Part shown: piece after piece, positions 52,803 through 64,000 of the stretch
Numbering within the stretch: position 1 is the stretch's first letter
Layout: each line of letters starts with the position of its first letter
NCBI GenBank assembly: GCA_964247055.1
Contig: OZ176053.1
Span: 4,588,001 to 4,652,000 of the forward strand
DNA from: Paragordius varius
Taxonomy: Eukaryota; Animalia; Nematomorpha
Length of the DNA: 64,000 nt
Reading direction: 5' to 3'
Notes under the pieces: generated by a model
Database searches by the model: none
What the model was told of the DNA's origin: nothing
Seen by the model: the letters and a program-made list of their open reading frames with translations, nothing else
Position numbers and translations under genes: made by a program

Positions 52803-55800
52803 TTAATATATAAATTGATGGTGAAACATATCATACAACAAATCTTTATGAATACAAACGGAATTAAGCGCTATGTAATTGTCGCAGCACCGTTGAAATC
52901 TTGGACATTTGTATATATCGGTAACCTTGGGCTGAAAACTAAAATAATGTATTTTTAATTACACAGTAAAGTTTAAAAAGATAGGTATAAATATGCAGAG
53001 TAAATGTCAAAGGTTTTTAATGAAGAGCCGCAATTTATAAAGTACATTATATTTTTATATTTTTTAACCTACGGTGTCGTCCAATATGCATTTAAAGGTC
53101 TCTCACACCTATTTATAAATAATATTTATGTTGCCTATCTAAAAAACATTGTTTAAAAATATGTTAAACTTTTATAGCTCACGACATTTTAATAAAAGAC
53201 TCTGACTTTTTTAACATATTTTGCCCTTTACAAACTTTTTAAATTAAAAAATTATATAAAGGTTTTTGAGGTAATGTGATGACAATTATATTTTGTAACT
53301 TACGCATCCAACGTTTTAAAACATTCATACAGATGATTAGGATCAGTTTCGCATGCATATGGATTACAATCCCTATATTGTGTTTCTATAGGTTTGCAAG
53401 GACAATTTCTAATCATAAATAGCAGAAAATCTTTTGCATATTGTTACAAAAAAGTATATTACATCAAAAAAATTAAATATATTGAAAAGACAGATCATAT
53501 TGTATAAAAAATACATTAATTAAATGATACTAATTTTTTACTGGGAATCGTAACATAGAAACATACATTTCCGTATACGTTTTTGAACCCCACAACCTCC
53601 ACAAGGCTCACTGCAAGGCCCCCAATTTGACCAAGCCGTATATAAACCCTGTTCCTTTGTTTTTTCGGCAAAGCATGAATTGGGTACTATTTTTAAAAAA
53701 ATACCGAATTACATACACAGTCACACCTTTTTTGTGCAGGCTTTGTGAGGTGACCCTTTTTACCTCTTTTAGTAATATGTGGATTTTTTGGCTTTTTTGC
53801 GAAACTCTCGTGGTCTTTTTGGTTTTTAAATTGGTCTTTTATTCGTCTGCTATTTTTATATTAAATAGCCATTTTTGTAAATATGTGGAATACATTTTAA
53901 CCTTATTTTGTGGAGTATTTCTTTACAATGAGGTATTATAACTTAAAATTAATTTATACTAGATAAAATATTTCCCACATAAAAAATTTAGAAAAAATTG
54001 TTGAAACGGTTTTAACCCCAGAAAAATTACGCATTAATGGCAACTTATGAAGGCTTATACAAAAGTTTTATACAAGAGCACGATACTTAAATTTCAAATA
54101 ATAATTCACAGTCAAAAGATATATGTAAAATTATTTTTTATAATATTTTTCTGTATAAGGGAATAAATTTTTAAATAATTTAATGTTTTAATCAGTCCTT
54201 ACATATAAGTTTGCGGCAGAATGGAGGTGTGGTCGTGCGTTATTTGTCCTATACGTTTATTTGAAAAATTAATTTGTGCGAATTCTTTAACCAAAAATAG
54301 TTTTTTGCATTTTTACGCTGATCAATAAAATTCATTATAATATTTGAAAAATGTCTTTTTTGAATTTATGTTACGCGATCCTCTGTACCGAACAAAAAGA
54401 GGTTTGACTGTATTTTATTGTTATAAACATTTGTTAATTATTATATTTATTTTTAAATAAATCAAACTTAATTTTTTGCCACATATTGTGTTAATTCCAT
54501 TATTGATCGAGTAATTAATATATTGATTACAAATAAAAAAATATATGATATCCTGGCCATCATTATATAATATTTAGTTGCTTGTAAAATATATTTAAAG
54601 ATGTAACTAGAAATTCAGTTTTAATTAAAATATAAGTAAAGCGTAGTACCTAAATTGACCGTTCCTTGAAATCCTATTTTTGGGGGAAACGTTAGGCTTG
54701 TGTTTCCCTCTAACCGACTTAATTGATTCGTTTGAAATAGTAAGGACATGAATTCGCCATCAGATTCTAGATTGAGGATGACTGGTAAATATCCACATAA
54801 TCTGACAAGATATTTTAACAAATATAATATAATTTTTTACTAAACCTTATAAAGCCCTTTATCAAGGAATTACAAAAAATAAGATCATTCATCTCGCCGA
54901 GTGTTATAAAATCCTATTTGATAATTTATTATATAATTGTCTTGACAGTTTATTATAACGTTCATTTTTAAAATCTAAAAACCAACTTTTGCATCCAAAA
55001 TTCTTTATTAACAAATTATTGCCAATTTTTAACTAATATATTTGCTATCAAACTAACCAAGTAACATAGGTGACAGTTCGAAAATATAAATATAAAGGAT
55101 AAAAATTGGGAAATAAATATTAAAGTTAACTTATAAAATTACCTCAAGCCGGTCAGGGATTGATCTGTTCGATATTTAATTTCCAACCATTGTATGCATT
55201 GTGCATTATAACCGGCACGAAGGATATCAAAGTTGGTAGCATTAATCTCAATTCTTAGTCTTCCAACAGTTCCGTTTTTACATTGTGCCTGTATAGTAAA
55301 ATTTTAATTTTTAAATAAAATTAATGCAATAAAAATGTTAAATTTTAACATATAAAATAAGATTAAATAATAATTATGAGACAATATGCAGAAAATCTTA
55401 CAAACTAAATAAATAAATTACAACCCTAATGACCTTTTATTGAAAATGTAATGTAAAGAGATTTAATAAAAATAAACGGCTGCATTATTAAAAATTATAG
55501 GCTGCATCGCTGTCGATCATTCAGGGATATGTACAGCTGTCCAACACACGGGCCGCGTTTCAAATACATAATTTTACGATATCTAAGAAAAATATATTTT
55601 TTTTAACAAAATTACCGATAAATAATTTTGCATTTCGGCAATGAACTAGCAAAAAATGTTAAAATGAATAGTTGTTTTGACCGTCTTAGGTTTCTAATCT
55701 AATAAAATATTCGTTAATGCTCATATATTTTCGAGATGCTCGCCGGTTTTTTTGATCCACAAATGCATCCCTTGAAGCCATTTGTGTTGGTGACCTCCTG

Positions 55801-58800
55801 ATGTAAACATTTATTTCTTTATATGTGTATAAAATTAGCGGTTATATCCAAATTACGCTTACTAATGCGAAAAACAGGATTTGATTAACAGTATCAATAA
55901 TGTAAAAAAACAATAACTTTAAGAACCCAAAAACAATTATCCCCCGGACTATAAGGCTGTTCCGGCCATCCAGGTGAATTGATAAATATAGATGGACTAT
56001 CTTCATTAATTTCCATAATTTGGTTTCGAGTCTTGCATGACCCTACATAGCAAAATTTATTTGAGATACAAATATCACATGATTGACGAATTTAAATATA
56101 AGTTTATATATATATATATATAGTTAACCTTTTTTGGCGATCGTATGTATTATACATTTTTATGATATATTTATTAAATCATTAAAACAAAAACTAAAAT
56201 CTGTTGTCATACTGGAACTCTCTTGAACTGATTGACAAGAAGATCCAGAGAAACCCGAAGGACATATACATTCCCTACAATTTGAAGGATCGGGATAACC
56301 ACCGTTTTGACATTGGGTTGATGCCATTTTGCAAGAGTCTAAAAATGTATCAATGTGAATTATATTAACCCTTTGTAACTCATATATTTTTACTTTAATA
56401 ATGAATTGGGATTAGGTCCCACCCACCAGTTTTAAATGCATACCTGAGCGCGAGCGCTCATGAAAATAACCAGTTAAAAACTTCAAATCTAATATAAAGT
56501 AATGGTACACCTAAATTTACTGGTAAAAAATGGTCAAAATTTTATGCAGTTTCATGATTTGTTACTATAAATCTATCCAAACATTATTAAATTAACCAAT
56601 TCGAACAGTTATATTCCTGTTGTTTGGCTTAGGCAACAAATATTTAACGTTTGCTTTGATAAGGACTGCTTAAGGCCATGAAAATGATTGCATTTATAAA
56701 ATGGTGAGCCTGTTTTTACAAGCAAGATCCCAACCTAAGTGACAAATACAATAATTCTATGCACCCTAGAATATACAGCTGTGCTATTTTTTTGCGATAA
56801 AAAATTTAAATATAATTATTATAAAATCAGTAGCAAATTACCTTGGCAATAGTAATTGTTTAAAGATTGCAAGTCATAAAAACTCGGTTCTACACTTGAT
56901 CCTATCGTACTTAGATATTGTAAATCCTTAGGGATGAATACGGGACCTCGTTGATTGGGTATTTTTAACTCCTATTAAATTATGATTATAGAAATTTTTT
57001 ATCATAACAATTCAAGTTATTTAAAGATTCGATACACATATATTGTTAAATCAAATAAATTTTATAGCAATAGCGTAGTGGTAATAATTTTTATAAATAT
57101 ATGACCATTTATAGAGTAAATGTAAAAATGGAAAAAGCGATGTTACATAATTACATTAGGATTAAATTGCATAAGAGATCCATATTCATAAGGTGTATTA
57201 TACAGATTAGCTTCTTTCATAGTTTCCAGCAAATAACGAGATGCAGGTGTGATCTGAAAAAGTAAAAAAATTATATTAATTAGTTAACCTGCTTATAAGA
57301 TTAAGAATTCAATAAATAAATAATTAAAGATAAGCTTAACAATTTCGTTTCCCTATTTAACGGTAATTTTAAGTGTATTACGCTATTAACACTTCGATTC
57401 AAATTGGGGTATCTAAATACCCCAGACTAAATCAAAATTTAAATTTTTTAAAAACTACTGAAGGAAACGGTCCCAATTTAAATTTATGCTTCTATCCTGA
57501 TAAATATTATAAATATTTGCCATAATATCTTGATAAAATTTTGTTTTGAAAAAAAAGTTCCATCTCAAACTACTTCGACGCCATTTTTATTTTACAAAAA
57601 TTTTGCAAAATATCGTCTTCATTTAATATTAAGGGTAAAACTTAGGCTAATTTTTTATATAAATTACATCTAACATTGATGGAAATAGAAAAAGCGGTTT
57701 ATTTTGTAATATTTTTTAATTTTACAATTTGACACATGTCACGTTGACTAAATTTTTACCTTTCAGTTTTAGCTCAAAATAAGTAATATCAAGTATTTTT
57801 GAATAAATTTTTTTATATATTTCGGTTTATTAATGTTATATAAGTGCAAAATTTGCCATGGTTTCGATTGCTTCCATACTTTCTAAAATATTTGATTTTA
57901 AACAGGCCTGGGGTATCCAACTACCCCAATTTGAATCGAAGGACTAAAATGAGTGTGTTGTATCCAAGTGTTAAAATTACCGTATTATATTCTTATTTAA
58001 ATTGTTTATATATTAAATTTCTACAGTCAAACCTGTTAATTGCACGCTGCCACATAAATAATTACAAAATTGATTCAAATATCATGTCACTTATTATTGA
58101 TCGGCATAAATTTGGAAAAATGCCTTTTGCCCTGAAAATAAAACCACATAAAATACGGGCAAAAATATAAAGACAAATATTTTTTTCTAATAGAAAACCA
58201 TACTTTTTTAAATTCCATTTTTTAAAATATAACTCATTGTTTCGAATTGCAATTTATAAAATTGATAAGTATATTGGTTATACGATCAATTCTATATAAA
58301 ACAATTGCAAATGAAAAGCTTTTATGGGAAAAATTAAAGTTCGAAAAAGTATGGTTGTCTTCTGGAAAGAGTCTTTGTATTTTAACGTTTTGTCCGTTAT
58401 AATTCCAGTTTTTACTGTTATGAGTGCAATTATAGAAGTGTTAAGCTCTACATTAATGAAGTAAAGGTACATATACCATAATTATGAGCAGTTATAAAAA
58501 TATGAGTTTTATTAATTTTGTTTGTAGTTATGGGTTTGTTAAAATCGCCTAATCGCCACAAACTCTTTGCATAGAAAAATGCTTTAATTGCATTTTTTTA
58601 AATAACATTAGGTAATATTTTATCTACCCTCATTCATTTTGGAAAAAGTGAAATTACTTGATCGTAACTGAAACGTCACCTAAGGTTTGACTATATATTA
58701 TATATAAATATATACATATAAAATGCCTTATATAACCTTTTGCTCATCAATGATTATGTATTTGTTCCGATCAGGACGTTGGACTTCGTAAATTAAGCCT

Positions 58801-60050
58801 AAAGTTCGCCCAATCAACATGGCCAATGATCGAACCTAAAACACATTTTTAAATCCAGGGTATTAAAAATCAAACAATCTTGATTACCTGATAATATGAT
58901 CAAACAAATTTTATAGTAAAATGGGAAAAATTACATTAAGGCATTCAGGGCCCAAAACTATGTATTGCGCTCTACCTCTCCGTCCCAAATCGGATCGACA
59001 TCTATATGTGTTTGTTAAACATTGTTTACCATTTATGTTTCAAAATATAACTTAATGACAAAAATATTAAAATTATACAGATAAAATGTAAAAACTAAAA
59101 GAGATATATTTTTAATAATGCAACCAGAGCTTTACCTAATTTTAATATGACTTATTGGGTCGCAAAACAGAAGTTAAGATAAATTGGTAACGCTCTCAAT
59201 TGTATTTATAGTTGCTCTAGGAAAAATTAGGGTTAAAATTTTTGTCTTTTAGTTTTTATGTTTTGACTGTATAATTTCAATTTTTATTGGAATTTATACA
59301 AAAAAAATTGAATAAATACAGAAAATGAAATACGTTTCTATATTTATGTTTGAATTGTTTCCATTAACATTATTAGCAGATAATAAGGAAGTTGAAGTGA
59401 AAACTATGTAGTCATCTTCGGTCGGATTTAGGACGTATTTAAAACTGATGCAACTTTTCCGAGACCATGAATCAAGAGCCTCTTCAATAATTTCTGTTGT
59501 GTTTGGTTCTGAATTTTATTAAGCGCCAATCATCACATAATATATTATATAAAGCAAAATTGTTTTTAATTTGATATATTTTTGCATGTTATAAATAATC
59601 GTGTCTAAGAAAAACCTTAATTCTACTAAAGATTGTTTTAGATTTAGCATTTAAATATAAAGGAGATATCATTTAAGGTTGGAAATATAATCAGCACTTA
59701 ATTATATTACTATCACCTTTATCTTTTGGTTAGTTTTTCACAGTAAATCAATTAATATAGCTCACCATTTCTCAATTTACGGCGAAAACATTTCAAAAAA
59801 TAAATTTTAATTGTTTTAAGAAATGCATAATGCAGGGAATTTTACGTGTATCCAATAATCCCGAATAAGTATAAATTATTGGGAAATTTCGCCATTTTAA
59901 TTCTTGATCCCGTCCTGCCCATATTGCTCTTTTGATTCGATAATCTTGGGCATTTATGTTTACCTTAAAATACGATACAATACAAAAAAATATAAAACAC
60001 ATATAATAAAAATAAATTAGTATAAATTTACGAAGTGTAGAATTATCCAA
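52803..60050 (-). CDS. Astacin (M12A)-EGF-CUB-TSP1 secreted protein of the nematode NAS/DPY-31 architecture, catalytically dead
   Basis: Exons 60050-59846, 59508-59334, 59001-58935, 58835-58737, 57253-57155, 56971-56842, 56338-56213, 56042-55918, 55288-55143, 54801-54650, uncertain linker exons about 54410-53717, then about 53686-53563, 53408-53331, 53108-53073, 52938-52803. Motifs RIKRAI..KW, WSRKSCISF, RPDR, PYEYGSLMQF, PKD..TIGS..PSFYD..LN.YYC, EGF CQNGGYPDPSNC.EC.CPSGFSG..C, CUB SPGWP..Y.PG.NC.W, and TSP1 WSNWGPCSEPCGGCG. Confidence 0.88.
57390..57970 (+). mobile_element. piggyBac-like MITE family B (581 bp) in an astacin-like gene intron
   Basis: TTAA on both sides (57386-89 and 57971-74); same termini. 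Confidence 0.9.
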
Positions 60051-60659
60051 ATTAGAGATGTTTTAATCCAAAACATTTTAAAATTATAAAAAATATTTTT
60101 TACAATTATGCTATAAAAAAATTGACCTAAAACCTTTAAAGAATTACAAATAAGATTATGCATTGGGAGCAATGTACAATCATAAAATATCAATTTGAAT
60201 TTAATTAGTTTTTTTTAAAAAAAATTCCCTTATTTTAGCCTATATAAAATTGATTTTATTAATTGTACCTTATTTTTCAAATGCTCTTATTATTGAATTA
60301 AACCACGAAAGGTAAGTTTATTGGTTTATTTAATGCATAAAAATGAAAAGAATAGTCAGATATAAAATATTTCCGCTACATTGATAAAAGCGATTCAATG
60401 AGAGTATATGTAATTAAATTATAAAATGAATATAATTTTTTTAATATAATATTGTTTCAGCCGTAACTCGGTTCAAAAATTACTTAATATATATATTTTC
60501 AAGTTTTCCAATTAAGAACCTTTACGAATGCCAATCAAATGGTTTATTATCAGAAATACTTTTGGGATAATAATATATTAATCAAATTTTACCGTTTTTG
60601 CTAAGAAATTAAATATTTATTTTATTCATAATATACATCGGCTTATATACATCATCTCA

Positions 60660-61060
60660 AGTAATATATATAAGTTTTGCCAAAAAAACTGATTGGCTTT
60701 TGCGACAATTTGTAAGCCATTTTTCAAAATTGGGTTTGGATGCGAAAGAATAACCCATAAGCGATTTTAAGGTGTCTTTCACTGGGTTTGCTGTGTGAGA
60801 TGAAGCATTGTCATGTAGGAAAATCACTTTGCCATGTTTTCTGGCCTACGGTCGTTTTTCGCTTAATGTATGATTAAAATAATCATTTTTGGCGAGAGCG
60901 TCGTGCATTAACGGTTTCACGTTTTCAACAGTTAATAATTAACAATATCGTTCTGGTTCCATAGAGTCAAAACACGACATTATCTTACCATTGGTATTAG
61001 TGGGCCGGTTAGGTGAAAGCCACGTGTTCATTTTGAACCAAAATATAGTTTTATATACTT
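60660..61060 (-). mobile_element. Degraded mariner transposase fragment
   Basis: The minus strand encodes RKHGKVIFLHDNASSHTANPVKDTLKSL (mariner catalytic HDNA region), followed by FEKWL..FWQN. The WEVL..YSPDLAPSD segment is deleted and upstream sequence is frameshifted. Confidence 0.85.
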
Positions 61061-61609
61061 TTTAAATGTAATTTAGTATTATAAACGCAAAAACTGAGAT
61101 TGCACCATAAAAAATGTAAACAAAATATATTTTTTACAACGCATACTTTTTAGAGAGCGTTAAATATAAAATTGTTCTCAATTCGTGTCGACTGCGGAAT
61201 ATTTTAGCTCAAATTGATATATTGATATTATATATTTGTGTTGTCAAATCTCGGCCGATTAGCTTATAAATATAAGCATATTTTTCGGTTTCGCAAATGT
61301 AAAACTTTGGTAACAATTATAATATTATAACATAGTTTGGTTATAAAAAGTAAAATGATTAAATAAATGTTTTCTGATAGAATGTATCTCTCAAAGTGCT
61401 TTTGTTTCGGTCAAAAACATATTTACTATCTATTTATTAATTATTACCGACAACTTTGGTATAATGAAAAATTATCTATTTGTTCAAATAAGTTTATTAA
61501 AGGCCTAAATCTTTTTATAAATGAGAGGTGGTACTTAAGACATTAAACATATAAAAAAAGTTATTAACGTCCAGTATGGTGGAAATATTAAAAAACTATA
61601 GTTAATTAA

Positions 61610-62179
61610 CACTTGGATACAACACATTCATTTTAGTCCTTCAATTCAAATTGGGGTAGTTGGATACCCCAGCGGGTGTAAAATTAAATTCTTTAAAAAA
61701 TATGGAAGCAATCGAAGGCAAAATTTTGCATTTATATAACATTAATAAACCGAAATATTTAAAAAAATTTATTCAAAAATACTTGATATTACTTATTTTA
61801 AGCTAAAACCGGAAGGAAAAAATTTAGTCAACGTGACATATGTGCAATGATAAAATTGAAAAATAATACAAAATATACCGCTTTCCTTATTTCTATTTCT
61901 ATCAATGTTAGATGTAATTTAAATAAAAAATTAGCTATAATTTTACTCTTAAAATTAAATGAAGACGATATTTTGCAAAAATTTTGTAAAATAAAATTAG
62001 TCTGACATGGAACTTTTTTTTCAAAACTAAATTTTGTTTAGATATTTTCGCATATTTATATAATTTTATTAAGATAGAAGCATAAATTTAAATTTGGAAC
62101 GTTTCCTTCAGTAGTTTTATAAAAATCCTAATTTATATTTATTCTGGGGTATTTAGATACCCCAATTTAAATCGAAGTG
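61610..62179 (-). mobile_element. piggyBac-like MITE family B (570 bp), reverse copy
   Basis: TTAA|CACTTGGATACAACAC ... ATCGAAGTG|TAAC; the right TSD is imperfect. Confidence 0.85.
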
Positions 62180-64000
62180 TAACACAATTTGGACATTTTT
62201 TTGAAAAATTATTTTGCTTAAATTTAGCATAAAAAGTATTAAAATATCGCAATCACGGTTTGACTACGACGGTTTGCATATTATGTTTCAAAATCTTTTG
62301 GTTGAAGATAAATTCTTCTAAAAATAAAATACATCCCTAACTATAAAAATCAAAATACTTGCACATAATTTTAGTTTTCATGGTAAGATCCTTAAGTGTC
62401 ATATTTTTGAACACAGCTAAAAAGCCTTGTTTACTTATTATCAACACATAGAGTCGAGATGGCGCAATTAGAGATAAGAATATTTTTTTTATTCTCAATT
62501 TGTTGAAGCTTTAATTGTTTTTTAAATCATGAGTATAAAATTGGTTTAAACGGAATTTCTACATATTTAATAATACCTCATTTTTTTGATTTAAATAAAT
62601 TTACCTTCAAATATAAGTTAGAAAGCGATTTATTCATCAAAATTTTGAGGTGAGGTATTTTAGCTGCTTCTAATTGTATAGAAAAAGCGTATTTAGTTAA
62701 ATATGTTTTTATAACGTTACCGGCATGTTTCAAAATACCATCAAACTTGCTTGAACTAAATTTGAAAAAAAATTATTTGAATATATAATATGCTTTTTTA
62801 ATTTTTTATGATACCATAATATTAACAAAAGAGAAATAATCAGGATTATGGTTTAAGTTTGAGCTTACGAGATATTTAAGAAAGATATTTTTATTTATAA
62901 CAATTCCATATCAAAAAATCGCAAAATTTGCCCATATTATCTTAATAAATTTTTTCGATGAATGCGCTTAATTATAAAATATCGCTAAAATATTGTATAT
63001 GAAAAAACAATTTTTATCAAATTTTAAATTTAGGATGTGGGCTCAAAAGTCTCAAAATTTTGGACCCGTCTAAAATGCGTTTTTAATAAATTAAACGTCG
63101 AAATGCCGATATTGAGGGATAAAAATTTTAGATATGTGCCAAAGTTTGACATTAAAAGTTTTTTAATAGAGAATTATTTAGGGGTATCGAGTTTTATGGT
63201 TTTCTGAAGCACGATAGAAAGTATATAAATAACTCTAAGATATTATAATAACCCTACTACCATATAATCCGATGAGAATATTTCTATAAGCTCGGATCTT
63301 TGATTAAAATATTTGTTTGGGTAAAAATTTAAATACACATTTTTGTTAAAAACACAATTTATATTAAGTTTTAATAGGTATAATTTAGAAAAACTATTTT
63401 TATACAGTTCACACTATGCTTCAATTTAAGATAATTGGTTTATAAAAATTTGCCATAAATTATATTTTTAAGCTAAATATTTTTTTCTTCGGAAAAAATT
63501 TTTTTTGATGTCATAATTAATAAGCATATATAAAAATTTTGTCGCGCTATCTCAGCTTTTTTGCTTTTAAAAAGAATTTTCTCAGACGGATCAGAAATTT
63601 TGTAACTTTCAGAGCTCCCATCTAAAAAAAAAAATTTTGTAAAATATTGTTTTGCTCTTTTATGTAGTTTATGAATATTAGAGATATTTTTTGAAATAAA
63701 TAAATAAATTTTACCACAAAAACTTTATATAACAAAATGTGCGCAAATTATGTCCTTTTCAGATTTAAAAAGTTACAAAATTGTAAATATCTTTTATAAG
63801 GGCAACCAAAAGCACCATGATAATCTTGATAAAGTTTCCCATCAGAATAAATATTTTTCATCATGTTTTTTATACCACAATTCTTTTTTTAATTGACATA
63901 ACGTGGCGGATCGCTACGTTCCGATACAGCGCAATTACTGAAAAAGTGTTCACTCTTTAAATCCTACGCACCAAATATAACCAATTATGTTACTGTCTAT

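Noticed and set aside
1-64000. tRNA, rRNA, snRNA or spliced-leader RNA genes
   Set aside because: I saw no cloverleaf, A/B-box pair or recognisable rRNA/snRNA/SL sequence. The GGTTCGA hits belong to the Helitron G-run junction. A covariance-model search would be needed to exclude them fully.

Overview
AT-rich nuclear DNA from an invertebrate animal, with spliced GT-AG genes and no prokaryotic features. I reconstructed nine protein-coding genes by hand: RMI1-like (-), CCDC174 (+), an expanded LRIG/lambik-type receptor (+), Rab7 (+), a HERPUD-like UBL membrane protein (-), DcpS (+), Tim13 (-), a 4-TM TMEM221/Jiraiya-like protein (+) and a nematode-type astacin-EGF-CUB-TSP1 protein (-). Three things stand out. 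(1) The housekeeping genes contain ultra-short introns of 22-35 nt that are needed to restore conserved reading frames, and they are packed with only 15-63 bp between neighbouring start or stop codons. (2) The astacin has lost every zinc ligand and the catalytic Glu but keeps its fold cysteines, so it is a probable pseudo-protease. (3) Long introns and intergenic DNA hold many non-autonomous transposons: a Helitron family (including a 160-bp mini-element and a tandem array in a Rab7 intron), two TTAA piggyBac-like MITE families, a Tc1/mariner-like hairpin MITE, long palindromic elements, and mariner and RTE fossils. Gene models and family names come from manual reading and recalled motifs; no database search was run, and the species cannot be identified from the sequence alone.
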